From NCBI RefSeq assembly GCF_000181795.1, contig NW_003526941.1:3754282-3790992 (forward strand): DNA of 36,711 bases, read 5' to 3'. How positions within the stretch are numbered: position 1 is the first letter of the stretch; every line of letters begins with the position of its first letter. Under the pieces are notes generated by a model. It was not told where the DNA came from, ran no database searches, and saw only the letters and a list, made by a program, of their open reading frames with translations. A program made the translations under genes and the position numbers. The DNA is from Trichinella spiralis. Lineage: Eukaryota. Shown here piece after piece: positions 25,101 to 36,237 of the stretch.

Positions 25101-26398
25101 TGGTCGTGAGCTTCACACTTAGCTTCGTCATCAAAACACGATTCGTCTCCGCTGCCCTTGACCGTGCGTGCGCTCGCCTCTGCGACGTTGTTTTCTTTGA
25201 ATTTTTTATCTTGGTTTTTTGTTTTTGTTTTTTGAATCAGCAGTGCAGTGTTTTCTTCGAATTGAGCAAACTGAAACGACAGTCGACGACTCAGTCACGC
25301 GCGCTGACTTTGTGACTTTTCGGCGTTGGGTTAATTTTCAAAATTATGCATGAAAAATTGATTTTTGTTTTTTAATTATTAAAATAAAATTTTACAAATA
25401 CAGTAGGCGATAGCGAGACCGGATCGGCGTCGGTTTCGTCGACGAACAACAACGCCCCGGCGACCGCCACCGCCTCGTCGTTGCAGGATGTGATTGTCGG
25501 CAGTTCGGACGTGCGTGTAAGCAGCAGTCGTGGCAGTTTGCAAAGTGCCGAAACGCTGGCTGGTTTGGCGAAGAAGAAACTGACTACAGGCAGGCGTCGT
25601 CATGCTGCTGCGATGGAAATGGCTCCGACGGCTAAACGCATTTGCTGCAGAGAATCTCTGGTTCAAGTGGGCGTTTGATTTTCCCTTAATTTTGTACATG
25701 GCTAAACATATATGTATATATATAGTTCGAATGCGATCCATTGATTATTAAATTTTTCTAGTTTGTTTTGTTTTTTTAATTTTACATTTCGTGTGAATTT
25801 TCAGGATCCGCAAGTGGTCGGCTCTAGTAGCGTTGATCAGCAGCATCATCGTCATTCAACGGGCGAGCTGGTGTTGACTACGTTTGCGGAAGGCGAGCCG
25901 GAAAGTACAGAATTGAACGTCAGCTATTTGGAAGAGACCACCGAAGGCGATGATGATGAGGCACTTTCGCTGGTTTGGCCGGAGGATATTGACGCGGCAT
26001 TCGGTAAGTGGAAGCTGTTGTTCGTCGTGTGTTGTCGAGATGGTTTTTTAAACATTTTTTTTATTATTGTCATTGTAGACGACTATGAACCGACGACCGT
26101 GGACGCGAATGGGCGTGGTGATCAGCCGCAGCCTTCTGGCCAGGCTGTTGAATGTGGCGATGAAACGGAACCGGTACTCGGGTTTGACACAGTGGAAGAA
26201 GGTTCTTCTTCACTGTGTTGGTCAAGTGTTTCAGCTTCGGCGGCTAGCACTAGTTTTGCGTTGCCTGGTTACAACATTCAGTCGTCGTCTGCTGCTGTGG
26301 GCAGTGGCGAAAGAAGTTCGTCTCGGAATAGAAGAAATTGGGCTTTGGAAGCAGCCAAGCGACTCAAGAAACGATCTATTATGATATTTATGCGATGA
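19159..26398 (+). CDS. Large coiled-coil protein, probable TPR/Megator (nuclear basket) homologue, 18 exons, ~1630 aa
   Basis: In-frame exons 19159-19291, 19349-19453, 19521-19594, 19689-19785, 19856-19959, 20034-20138, 20205-20348, 20414-20482, 20625-20703, 20761-20829, 21034-21075, 21144-21508, 21569-21666, 21732-21955, 22015-24417, 25404-25666, 25805-26003, 26079-26398. LQNLRWERQKLEEKLAVAEEEALRYRTKAQLFEDSL...EENALLKDE resembles TPR [33 protein letters not shown]...ETNKMLREE. The N-terminus EELVAVLPEQLKANL resembles TPR ELNKLPKSVQNKL. Acidic disordered tail; TTTTCAG at 19144-19150. The gene model is firmer than the TPR identity. Confidence 0.65.
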
Positions 26399-26721
26399 TA
26401 TTTTTCAGTTGGCATTGTTTCAAAATTTCAGCTCAACGCAAGCAAGCAGCATTTATTATTATTAATTATTATTATTCTTATTATGCGCACACGGAACACG
26501 CCATCGATGCACACACGCACACATTAGAAAAGTTGTATAATAAAGTATTTTTACAGTTGTGTTAAATTGTCTGCTATCGTTTTGTTTAATGGTATATCCA
26601 TGTGATACATTTACCGTTGTTGTTGTTGTTGTTGTAATTTTGATCTTTTTTTCCCAACGCTACTAAACTAGCATCAAATGATGATAATTTTTGTTCAGGC
26701 GTCTTTTGATTGCGAGTGAAA

Positions 26722-29700
26722 ATGGTAATTCATTGTCCAGAAGGGAATAGTTTTTCCATTGCAGAAATTCGAGCTCAGTTGAAGTTGGGTCGTCGATCAG
26801 TATGGCTACAGTCGTGTTGTGCAAAGCACGACTTTAGAATGCGGGATGTTTTATTACCGGTATTGATGGGAATAATCAACAAGTGCGTTATGGACAATCA
26901 AATTACGTATATATATATATATGTTACGCTTAATGTTGAAAATTGCCTATTATTGATAATAGGTAACCGTTTTGAGCTGCTGATGATATATTGGGAAACC
27001 TATCTGGTGAAGTTGTTTGCCACACTGAACACAATGATTTCTGCAGTTTTTTTGCAAACTGTGCAACGACCCTGCGTACTTGGCTGCAGGAAATGTCCAC
27101 GTGAGCTTCGCAAACTGTTTGGCAAATGGCTACGCGCAAATATCATTACGTTTAGGCCTTAAGATCTGTAGCGGTCTTGCTCGCAGGAGATGAGCTGCAA
27201 TATCCCTTCTAAATGCCAAATGTGTCATTGCTGATCTGTCAGCATTATGAAGTTCACAAGGAAGTCGCCAAGCAGCTATCACTGTTAGTTGACACTTCTT
27301 AGAACAGTTTTCTTCAATCGTTACAAATAGAAATAGAAATAGACGCTTTATCAATGATGCTCATCAAAAGATTGGTTATGGTGGAGAAAAAATAACATTT
27401 TGAGAAGCACAGAATAAATGGGTGAGCGTCACACAAGAAGCTTGCCATTTGTTTCTCACGTTTTGTGAAGAATGCCATAAGAAGAGGGCCAGAAAGCTTC
27501 CAAAAAGCTTAGTTGTTAAGCCACTGGTTAGTACAAATTTGAGGTCATGAGCCCAGGTGGACTTAATAAATTTCCAAACCATGCCGATGGTGATTTTAAG
27601 TATATCATGACATATTTGAATCACTTTAAGAAGTTCCGCATTTTGAGTCCGCTAATGTCAAAACGGACGGAAAAAGTGGCCTCGAAGCTACTCGAAATCT
27701 TTTTAACGTTCGGCGCTCCCAGCATTCTGCAATTCGACAACAATCGGGAATTTTCATATGCCATAATTGCGGAACTCAAAACATGTTGGCCAGAGCTGAA
27801 GCTTGTTACGGGTAGACCCAGGCATCCTCAGAGCCAAGGTGCGGTTGAGCGCCTAAACGGCGTTGTGCAAGAAGACAAACTGGCAATATGGATGCGAGAA
27901 AATGGATGCAAAAGATGGTCAATGGGACTGAAATTTGTTCAATGGCAAATAAATGTTAGCATTCATGAAACAACAGGACAAAGTCCATTCAAGGTGACAT
28001 TTGGAGAGGAGCCACGAATTGGACTGGAGTCTTACGTCCTGCCAAAATCACTAGTTGATGCAGCGAAAACAGAAGAAGAAATCGAAGAATTTTTGACATC
28101 TCATGAAGCCAATGATGAAGATAGCTTGAACAGAGATGGAAAAAACTATGAAGAAAATGAAAGCAATATTATGAAACATTTTTCTGAGACTTTTATAAAA
28201 GCACGAAAAGAAGCAGCTTCATGGCAGACTAGAGCAGCAGCAAAAATGACACGATGATCTAAGAAAATATTAATACCGCTCCAAATCGGTCAGAATTGTA
28301 CGCTGAGAGTGCCAGACGTGGATCGTGGACCCGCGGATCCCAAAAACTTCTTAGTAGTTGTCATGGCAGAATGTGAAGGATTGTACACTGTTGGTTGCAG
28401 AGAAAGAAAATTGGCATTTAACTATACAGCTGCAGATTTACAAGTGATATCAGAAAATTTACTATCAATTGATGAAGCACCTGACGCCAAAATGCCTCTT
28501 AGAACTGCAGTAACCAAAGCTACGGGCGGCCAAGGATATGTTAAGTGCATGTGTCTATCCGGCTGCCCATCTGGTCGATGCAGTTGCAGCAGAAAAAGAG
28601 TACTATGCAATTCTCGTTGTCACCCCGGGAAGTCATGCAATAATATATAAACCTCGTGCGATACATTTGTTTCTGATAATAAATACAAATATCATTAATA
28701 AAAGCATTTCAACATACAGCGTGACTCGTAAGCCGTTTTTTTCAATATTAGGCAAATGCTTATTGCCTACTATTAATAATAGGCAGAACGGTTGCCTATT
28801 ATCAATAATAGGCAATTTTCAACATTAAGCGTAACATATATATATATATATATATATTGCTTTCTAGTGCATATGCATAACGTGTATATTATTTTTTTAG
28901 AGAAAAATGCCCAAGACGGCATTTATTATTTATTGGATTTATTGAGCAGGTGCTCAATATATTGAATTTGGCTGGCGTTTCGCTTGGCAAGGAGCACCAG
29001 ATTGGAATTTTTCAGTTGATCTGGCACTTCTGGGATCACGCGGATGAGGTATGTATTTTTTAAATGTTGTTTTGGTTTTCTTATTTTTGAAATTTCTGTT
29101 TTTTAGCAGCTGAGGAGCCGATATTTCAGCTTATTTAGGTCTCTTCTGAAGATCCACGGCAGAAATTGTTTTTTGAATTCTTCCAATGAAGATCCAGTTA
29201 CGGTAAAAAAATGCGAACAGTCTTTGATTATTTTCAAATTTTTGAAATTATTGTTTTAACGTGCTTCATTGAAATTAAAAAATTTCAGTCAGCTCAACCC
29301 GTTGACCCAGTGGACAGTTGCCCACAAAAGGACTGCTTATTTTTGAAGATGATCTTTGACATGTTTTTGAGTGCAGTCGGAACAATGCCATACGTGTACA
29401 AATATTTGACTTCCTTGTTGCGCTTCTCTGGCATAGGAATGGACAGAAAAAGGCTTGATTTGCTTTGGAATAAAATAATGGACGACATGTCGAAGAACAA
29501 CACCTACGTGAGTGTTTTGTTTTAAATAAAATAAGCGAACAAGCAAATATACTGTTTCCTATGATGGTGGTGCATTTTTTTTTGCAATCTGCAAGCAAAA
29601 AATTATTTAAAATCAGTAATGCTTTTTTTCATATTTTTTTCAGGCTGTACATTTTTATGTTGCGTTGGCAGAAGCAGATGTGAGAATGGGTAAGAACTGG

Positions 29701-32700
29701 TGTCATTTCTGGATCGGCAAACTTCTGCATCACGTGAACAAGAATTATGACGATGCAGCTTCGTGGCATCGCATTTTCACCGTACGTGCTTGTTGTTATT
29801 TTTGTCGCTTGTTAAGCAGTTTATTTTTTTAGAAAGTTTTACCGAAATTGTTTAAATTGCGAGATTATCCCAACTGTTGCGAGGCTGTCAAGCACCAAAT
29901 TGCAAACAATTTTGCAGTAGAACATCGTATGCACATTGTTACTATATTATGCAATCATTGCTAATAAAAATATCGCGTGTATTTTAGTTGCTGATCATTG
30001 CGCCATTCTACATTTGTGCCTTGTGAAACATGAACTGTCATTTCGTCTTTCGGGCATGTATTCGGAATATTTTCCTTACCACTTGTTGAATCGAACTTTG
30101 CTTTGCGGAAATACGATGGTAAAATTAAAACATTATATACATATATATATTCAGTTTATCTTTTTTTTGTTTCAATGACAGTCGCTTTATATTTATTTTT
30201 CAATGTGAATTGTTTCTTTTGCTTTGATGCAGATTGTTGGTGAAGCGTTCGGAATTTTGATTGATAACATAGAATTCGGATCAGTGTGGATCCACTTGCT
30301 GCCGACTGCGATGGAATCAGCGGGCTTTTTCGCGCTTTACGCTTCCAAAAGTGATCGCCAATCGATGCTTGCACGTTTGAAAAATGTACGAAATGATTGT
30401 ACATTTTTTGGTTTTGTTTTATGCAGAAGTTTATTTATTTAAATTTTTTTTTCTTTAGCTGTTGATACGAATTCGATCCATGGTGAATGAAGTTCGCAGA
30501 GAGGACAGTGAAGAGGAACACTGTCGTGATTTGGAAATCTTATCCGTATGTTGTTGTTTTTTTCTGGTTATTATATTTTATTATGCATTTTTTTGTATTT
30601 TTATTTCAAGAACACGGTGAAAGACTTGTTCGACTTGTCGATATATGTTTTGACTCACTGCATTCAGTATTCGAGTCGACATTTTGCTTTGGAAATGTTG
30701 AAAATTTTAGTGGATTTGTCCTTTTTCCAACTGCCGCCGACTGCTGGAGATGATGACAGTACTGAATTGTTTTTTTGTTGTTGTTGTGCTCATATATGCC
30801 GTATTATTTATTTATTGTTTGAATTTTGCATCTTTTCTTCTTATTCATTTTTTATTAGGTGTTTGGAAGAGGTTTCAGCTGGAGTGGGATGGAGAGCCTT
30901 CAGTAGTTCTTTTCGATTGTCTTGTCGATCGTTTTGAAGAGAATCGAAATTTAGCACTGGAACTGTTTAGAACTGTGCCGTATGAAATTCGGGTCCAATT
31001 TAAGGTAATGAGTGATGAAACTTCTTCCAAGAAAAAAAAATGTATAATCATTTTGTTTTTTAATTTCAAGTTACGTGACAATGTTCAATGGATGGACTTT
31101 TTGTCCAGCAACAAAATTCTGCATAGCGATGTCGCGTTGACTTTGTTGGAATTTTCCTTCTTTCAAAACAGCGTATCTGCACTGGAGGAGACGGATCGAA
31201 TTTACGAACAATTTCTGCTCTTGGCGCAAAGGTTGGTCGTGTTCGACGCCAGCATGTGCGAATTTTCCAATTTGATGAATAATAGTAATAATTATTCCAT
31301 CTTTGGAATTTTCGGCTGTTTCAATGTGATGTTCAAAAAGTTCCATTTACGGTAAAAATTTGTGAAATATATTTTGTACGTGATTTTGAGAGAGTTTAGA
31401 GATGAAGAAAAAAGAAGAGAAATTAGTCATAATAATGAATATTAAATTCGTTTTAAAATTTATAGTGACTTAACTCAGTTCAACGGTGGCAGCAGAACTA
31501 TTTTGGTCGAAGTGTGCAAAGTTGGTGTGCATATTGCTCAGTTGTTGTTGCCGGTGGTGTCGAATAAAGGTCGGCTTGGTGAAGACTTCAGTAAGCTTAC
31601 CGATACGCGCGCCCATTCTTTGCGCACTCTCTCTCTCTGTTATGTCTGTGTCATTACGACCTTTTTTGCGTTGGATTCAGATTTGAAAAATATTTTCAAC
31701 ACAAATTTTTTATTTATTCTTGTTCTCCTTTGATCTGTGCGTTTTATTTAGATGCTTTGTCATCATCGAGTTGCAACGATTCGATGCAAGAAGAAACAGT
31801 TTCAGTTTGGCGCTATTTTAAACAGCTCAGCGAATTTTTGGCTTTGATTTCCGAGATGCTTTTGGAAGGCGGCGATTTTTCACCCGAAGTTGAAGACGAC
31901 AGCAGTCTCATTCGAATCATTTGTTTCTATTTTCGAACGTTGGTATTCAGCTGTCTTCACTGCGGCGTGTTGGAAACCTCTTCAGATCCGTTCAGACGTT
32001 TTTGTCACGCACTACGACGGTCGGAATGTTATTCCACTTATCCGTTGCATTGGATCGATGAAATTATGGTAGAATTTCAAAATGATCAACTCTCATCGAA
32101 TATTAGCCGAAAAAGTGCCGGTTTGCCGTACTTGATAAGCGGTTGCTTATCAAGCTTGGCCTGTGATTCAGTTGAAGAAGGCATTACGGTGTTGGAATTT
32201 GTGATGAATTTGTTGCACGAAAAATGCATCGATAGCGATTCATTAACCACTACAAAGGTTGTCGCTTATTTGTGTTATTCAATAATATATATATGTTTTG
32301 TCAATTTATTCCTAACACTCTTGCAGATCCACTGTTGTAACGTGATGCGATTGTTGATTCGTGAAGCACAGTTTCGAGAGGCTTGCCGTCCACATTTGCG
32401 TATCGGCATGATCACCGCATTTTATGCGATGGGAGATCAGGATTGGAGCGTGCGCAACTCGGCCAATTATCTGTTTTCTGTTCTGCTTACTCGAATCTTT
32501 GGCCCGCCTAAACAACGCAGCCTTAGCACTACTGGTAACTACGACAGCGATGCTACTGTTACGAGCAAGTGCGTGTCTCGTCACACATTTGACCTGTTCA
32601 ACTTGTATATATATATTTTTTTCATATATCAGGCAATCTGATTTTCATTTTTTTTCAACTTTCTACGGTCTTGACGACATCATGCTCGAATTGTTGGAAC

Positions 32701-35529
32701 AATGCCTCTTGGGCAGTTGGAATCAGAGCAGCATCAGTTCTGCATTTTCGGTATTAACCGTCTTGACACATTTGTATCCGTTCAGATCGCATTATTATCG
32801 TGCGGGCTCCTCGAATTCGTCCTCCTGCTCATGCGATGCTCGTTTCAATTATTTGCTGAAATTTTGGTCGCCCGTGTTTCGCATTTTGCTCACTTGTCCA
32901 GTGATGCATTTGCGTCAGCTGGCCGCTTCGGCTCTCGTTTCAACAGTTCCCCACGGCAATCTGCTCGCATTGATAGAAACTTCACGACAGTTCATCACGA
33001 GCATTCGGACATCATCGCAGAATGCAATCAACGGCTTCTTACAGTTGGTAATAATGTTTTCCTTTCCCCGTCCTCCTTCCCCTTCCCCTTCCATTTTTTC
33101 CCGTTGATTTATTCATTTTAATTACTTGATTTTTTTCACTATTCTTTTCCAGGTATACGTTGCGTACAACAAGTACAGTAATGACGAAACATTGTCCAAG
33201 GTTATATCGTGTACGTTTCGAGAGAATAAGGAATTTCTAGAGTAAGAGTTGAACGAGAATGATGACGATGATAATAATAAAATAATAATTGGTCATTATT
33301 TTTTATATTTTTTCAAGTCTCGATTTGGTGAGAAAAAACTGTTATGAGAATATTTCCATATTGTTGACATTGTTATGTGATGGCGGCATGCCGATTGAAA
33401 GTTCGCTGCGAAATATATTTTTCGGTTTGAGTGATTTAGTTGCTCAATCACCAACCGGATGTTCTCTTCGACGTACTTTCGTGCGATGGGCAGTGACAGA
33501 GTGGAGCAATATGGAAATAGCTTGGCCGATCATAACGGAAGATGAAAATTTCAGAATAGAATTGTGGACAGTTGTTGAACAGTGTCCAGATTTGGAGATG
33601 ATTTTTGATTTGGAAAAGATGAATATGATGATCAAGGATTTGATGAACACCACTTCCGAAGCACTTATTCACAAAGTACGTCTTTTGACGACCGATCTGA
33701 TCAACAACGCTCGGTCGCATGGATGCTTTTCTCCTTTTTTTAGTTCTTTTTATTTTTTTAAATACAATTTCATCTTGAATTTTCGTTTTATGGGCAGGGA
33801 TTTTTTTCAGACTGTCAGTGTGCTTTACAAGAGGTGTGTTTTATTGCATGAGGTGAAGCATGTCACTGAAGAGTTGTTCTGGATCTCGTTTTCAAGACGT
33901 TACGATGCTATGACAAGGTAAACAAAAACATTCGTCGCATCTTTCTATTCGTTAGCTAGCTATCTAGCTGGCTGGCTTTTCGATTTCGTTACAGATGATG
34001 AACTGTTTGTTCTTTTGAAAATGTTTTAAAAATACGTTTTTACATTGTTTTGGTTTTTTTTACAGTTTACGAAGCAGGTGTTGCCTGTTTTTGTTCGCTT
34101 GCATGTATTTACCGTGCACTGCAGAGTCGAGATGGGTAATGATGATGAAGAAATTGGAAATTTAAATATGTTATATATGTATATATATTGCTGTTTGTTG
34201 TTTTCAAATATTTTAGGCGAATAATATCATGGGAAAATTGATCGAATACTTACTGAAGGAGTGTTGCGAAGGAGATGAGGTTGTAGTTGATGAATTCTTG
34301 TTCGATGCTTTGACGGTATTTTTTCAAAGAAGAGACCAGATGAAATTGAAATGTATGCAGCTTTGTTCATTTCAAAGCACCATCTTATTACGGGACAGAA
34401 TAAAATCATTTATATTTTCAGGTGCCAAGCCCTGGTTGATTCTATTGTACATTCTTCTTTTGTCCACTGACTCAGATTCTCGACACCGAGCAGCTCAACT
34501 TTGCCACATCCTTCAAGATGAAGGCAGGGCTTGTTTTGATTTCTATTCTAGACATTTCTTCTATCAATCAATCTATGCAAAGCGCTGTTTTTCAAAGCAT
34601 ATTTTCTTAGACAGTTAATTGCTCCGGGTTTCAAAACTTCTTCTAACCGTTTGTTTTTACAGTTTTTTTTATATTAAATTTATACAGCTTTAGTCAGCTT
34701 TATATTCAGTACCTGAATTGATGATACATTTGTGCAGGTTCAGAGTTCTTGCCCACGCTTCATTTGAAGTCTATCGGTGAAGTTTCTGCGGCTGAATACA
34801 TTATCGATCTAATAGGGAAGTTGGACAAGCCGTTGTTACAGAGATTGGTCAAGACTATACTTGCCAGCTTTTGTCGTATTATTGGAGTATGCTGTTTGTT
34901 TTGTGATATTTCTTAGGCAAACATGATTAGCGTTTATTATTCAATTCTTTGTTCTTTGCTTTATTATACATTTGTTTGTTTTGTTGTGCAAAAAATTACG
35001 AGTGCATGCATGCATTCAAAATCAGAATTTATCTAAATCAATAACAACGAACTGTTTTCAATTTAAGGATCGCGTTGAAAGTGATATAGCAATGCATTCA
35101 TCTTTCTACAAAGATGATTTAAATAAGTTGTTCGAGCCGGTTTGGGCATTGAATTCTGTGATGCGTTCCTACAATACTGATGTAAATTGAAATCAATACC
35201 CAGTGCTCCCACTTTATCACTCTGTGTTGTTTCAGCAGAATAGCATCTTATGGCCTCCCAGTGAAGATGAACGCGAGCCCAGTGCAGTGGGCTATGAGTA
35301 TGCAAACGTACTTACAGCCTGCTCCCAGCTCATGCAATCCCGAGGTAGACGCCTCGCATTAAACGACCAGTTCATCAGTATTATAATGAAATCATTGAAA
35401 TGGGTGAGTCTACCTCGGGAACGGTTGGATACTGAATTGACAAGTATACTGCAGTGTTGAGTTGCTTCTTTTATTTGTTCTCTCTATTGTTTGCTGCTAT
35501 TTTATTTGTTTTTCTTTCAGTTCTCATGA
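26722..35529 (+). CDS. THADA: THADA/Trm732 homologue (tRNA 32-2'-O-methylation cofactor, DUF2428), 26 exons, ~1460 aa
   Basis: Exons 26722-26882, 28901-29048, 29107-29202, 29289-29507, 29644-29781, 29833-29926, 29988-30118, 30233-30385, 30459-30545, 30611-30758, 30859-31004, 31071-31351, 31466-31590, 31752-32257, 32327-32568, 32633-33047, 33153-33241, 33318-33675, 33811-33917, 34066-34135, 34217-34352, 34422-~34523, 34738-34886, 35068-35181, 35236-35403, 35521-35529 (alternative unspliced stop at 35460). Motifs: SRKSAGLP, IHCCNVMRLLIRE, WSVRNSANYLFSVLLTRIFG, LIWHFWDHADEQLR. Confidence 0.85.
26922..26971 (+). repeat. Left terminal inverted repeat
   Basis: TGTTACGCTTAATGTTGAAAATTGCCTATTATTGATAATAGGTAACCGTT. 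Confidence 0.93.
26975..27290 (-). pseudogene. piggyBac (PGBD3-like) transposase C-terminal fragment inside the Ginger-like element
   Basis: Minus strand reads LTVIAAWRLPCELH...MTHLAFRRDIAAHLLR, then across two frameshifts GHFLQPSTQGRCTVCKK(N)CRNHCVQCGKQLHQIGFPIYH. This matches the piggyBac AW.L...L.FRR.IA motif and the CxxC..CxxC..H..(C)F..YH cysteine-rich domain. Confidence 0.72.
27347..28650 (+). pseudogene. Integrase-like transposase pseudogene (HHCC finger, DDE core, C-terminal Cys-rich domain)
   Basis: DAHQKIGYGG...CEECHKK (HHCC, second H changed to Y), QVDLI, FGAPSILQFDNNREF, GRPRHPQSQGAVERLN, VPDVDRGPAD, CMCLSGCPSGRCSC....LCNSRCH. In-frame TGA at 27401, 27548 and 28255; a frameshift near 27583; 5' end missing. 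Confidence 0.9.
28787..28836 (-). repeat. Right terminal inverted repeat
   Basis: AACGGTTGCCTATTATCAATAATAGGCAATTTTCAACATTAAGCGTAACA is the reverse complement of the left TIR except at one position. Confidence 0.93.
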
Positions 35530-35711
35530 TGACCATTTAAGGATACATTTCATTGATTGTTGCATTCACTTTGTTTAATTAATCATCTGTTGGGAAAAGC
35601 ATTTATTATTATTTTTTTTTATTTTTTTTATTTTTATTTTTTACACGTTTTCAATTTTTTTTCTTTCTTGAATTCACATTCACATGCATACTTACATACA
35701 GATATTTGTGT

Positions 35712-35749
35712 GTCTGTCTGTCTGTCTGTCTGTGTGTGTGTGTGTGTGT
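35712..35749. repeat. (TCTG)n(TG)n compound microsatellite
   Basis: Directly visible tandem repeats. Confidence 0.85.
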
Positions 35750-36237
35750 AGTATTTATTTGATCGGTACGATAAATCATCATCTCTGCTAAACACGCAGA
35801 AAATTGTTGTTGCCGTTTGAAGAGCGATCGTGTCCAGTTGATGATTAATATTTGCTTGTTTACATCTGTGCGCACCCAAGCACACATTATTTTCATGAAA
35901 GAAAAAACGTTGTGTTTTGTGCATTGCTAAAATAAGTATGAAATTATCTAGTACAAAATACGAATACAATTGACATGGTCCCACTTGGCAAGTCACGTCC
36001 AAAATGGCAAACGCAAAGCGTCATCCACTTGTTTTTTATATTTTTCTTATTTTTTTTATTTTAAATATTTACACTCTGACTTGTTGCAGAAAAACCATAA
36101 CAAGATGGAAGGAACAGTATATGTAGTATTTCACCGTAAATGCATTCTGCTCCACCAGTATTGGAAAATATTTCACTTTTCTTTTACTTTGGCCCAAATA
36201 TGGACACTGTTGGTGATTTATTTATTTTCTGTAACAC

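Larger units (their letters stand above)
26922..28836 (+). mobile_element. Non-autonomous/decayed Ginger2/GingerRoot-like DNA transposon in THADA intron 1
   Basis: 50-bp TIRs with 1 mismatch and TGT...ACA termini. Flanked by (TA)n on both sides (TATA/TATA, compatible with a 4-bp TSD). Carries an integrase-type (rve) transposase pseudogene of the KRBA2/SCAND3 type. Confidence 0.88.

Noticed and set aside
26710..27162. 150-aa ORF as an independent gene
   Set aside because: It is THADA exon 1 reading through the intron into the transposon TIR.
27547..28257. Host KRBA2/SCAND3 gene or LTR retrotransposon pol
   Set aside because: Bounded by inverted rather than direct repeats, no RT/gag/KRAB/SCAN region, and disrupted by stops and a frameshift.
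26930..28828. Two ORF-track peptides sharing the C-terminus NG(Y/C)LLSIIGNFQH
   Set aside because: Translation of the inverted terminal repeats, not duplicated genes.
35182..35235. In-frame TGA (35188-35190) between two collinear THADA ORFs, suggesting readthrough or selenocysteine
   Set aside because: It lies inside a normal 54-nt phase-0 intron (GTAAAT...TTTCAG).
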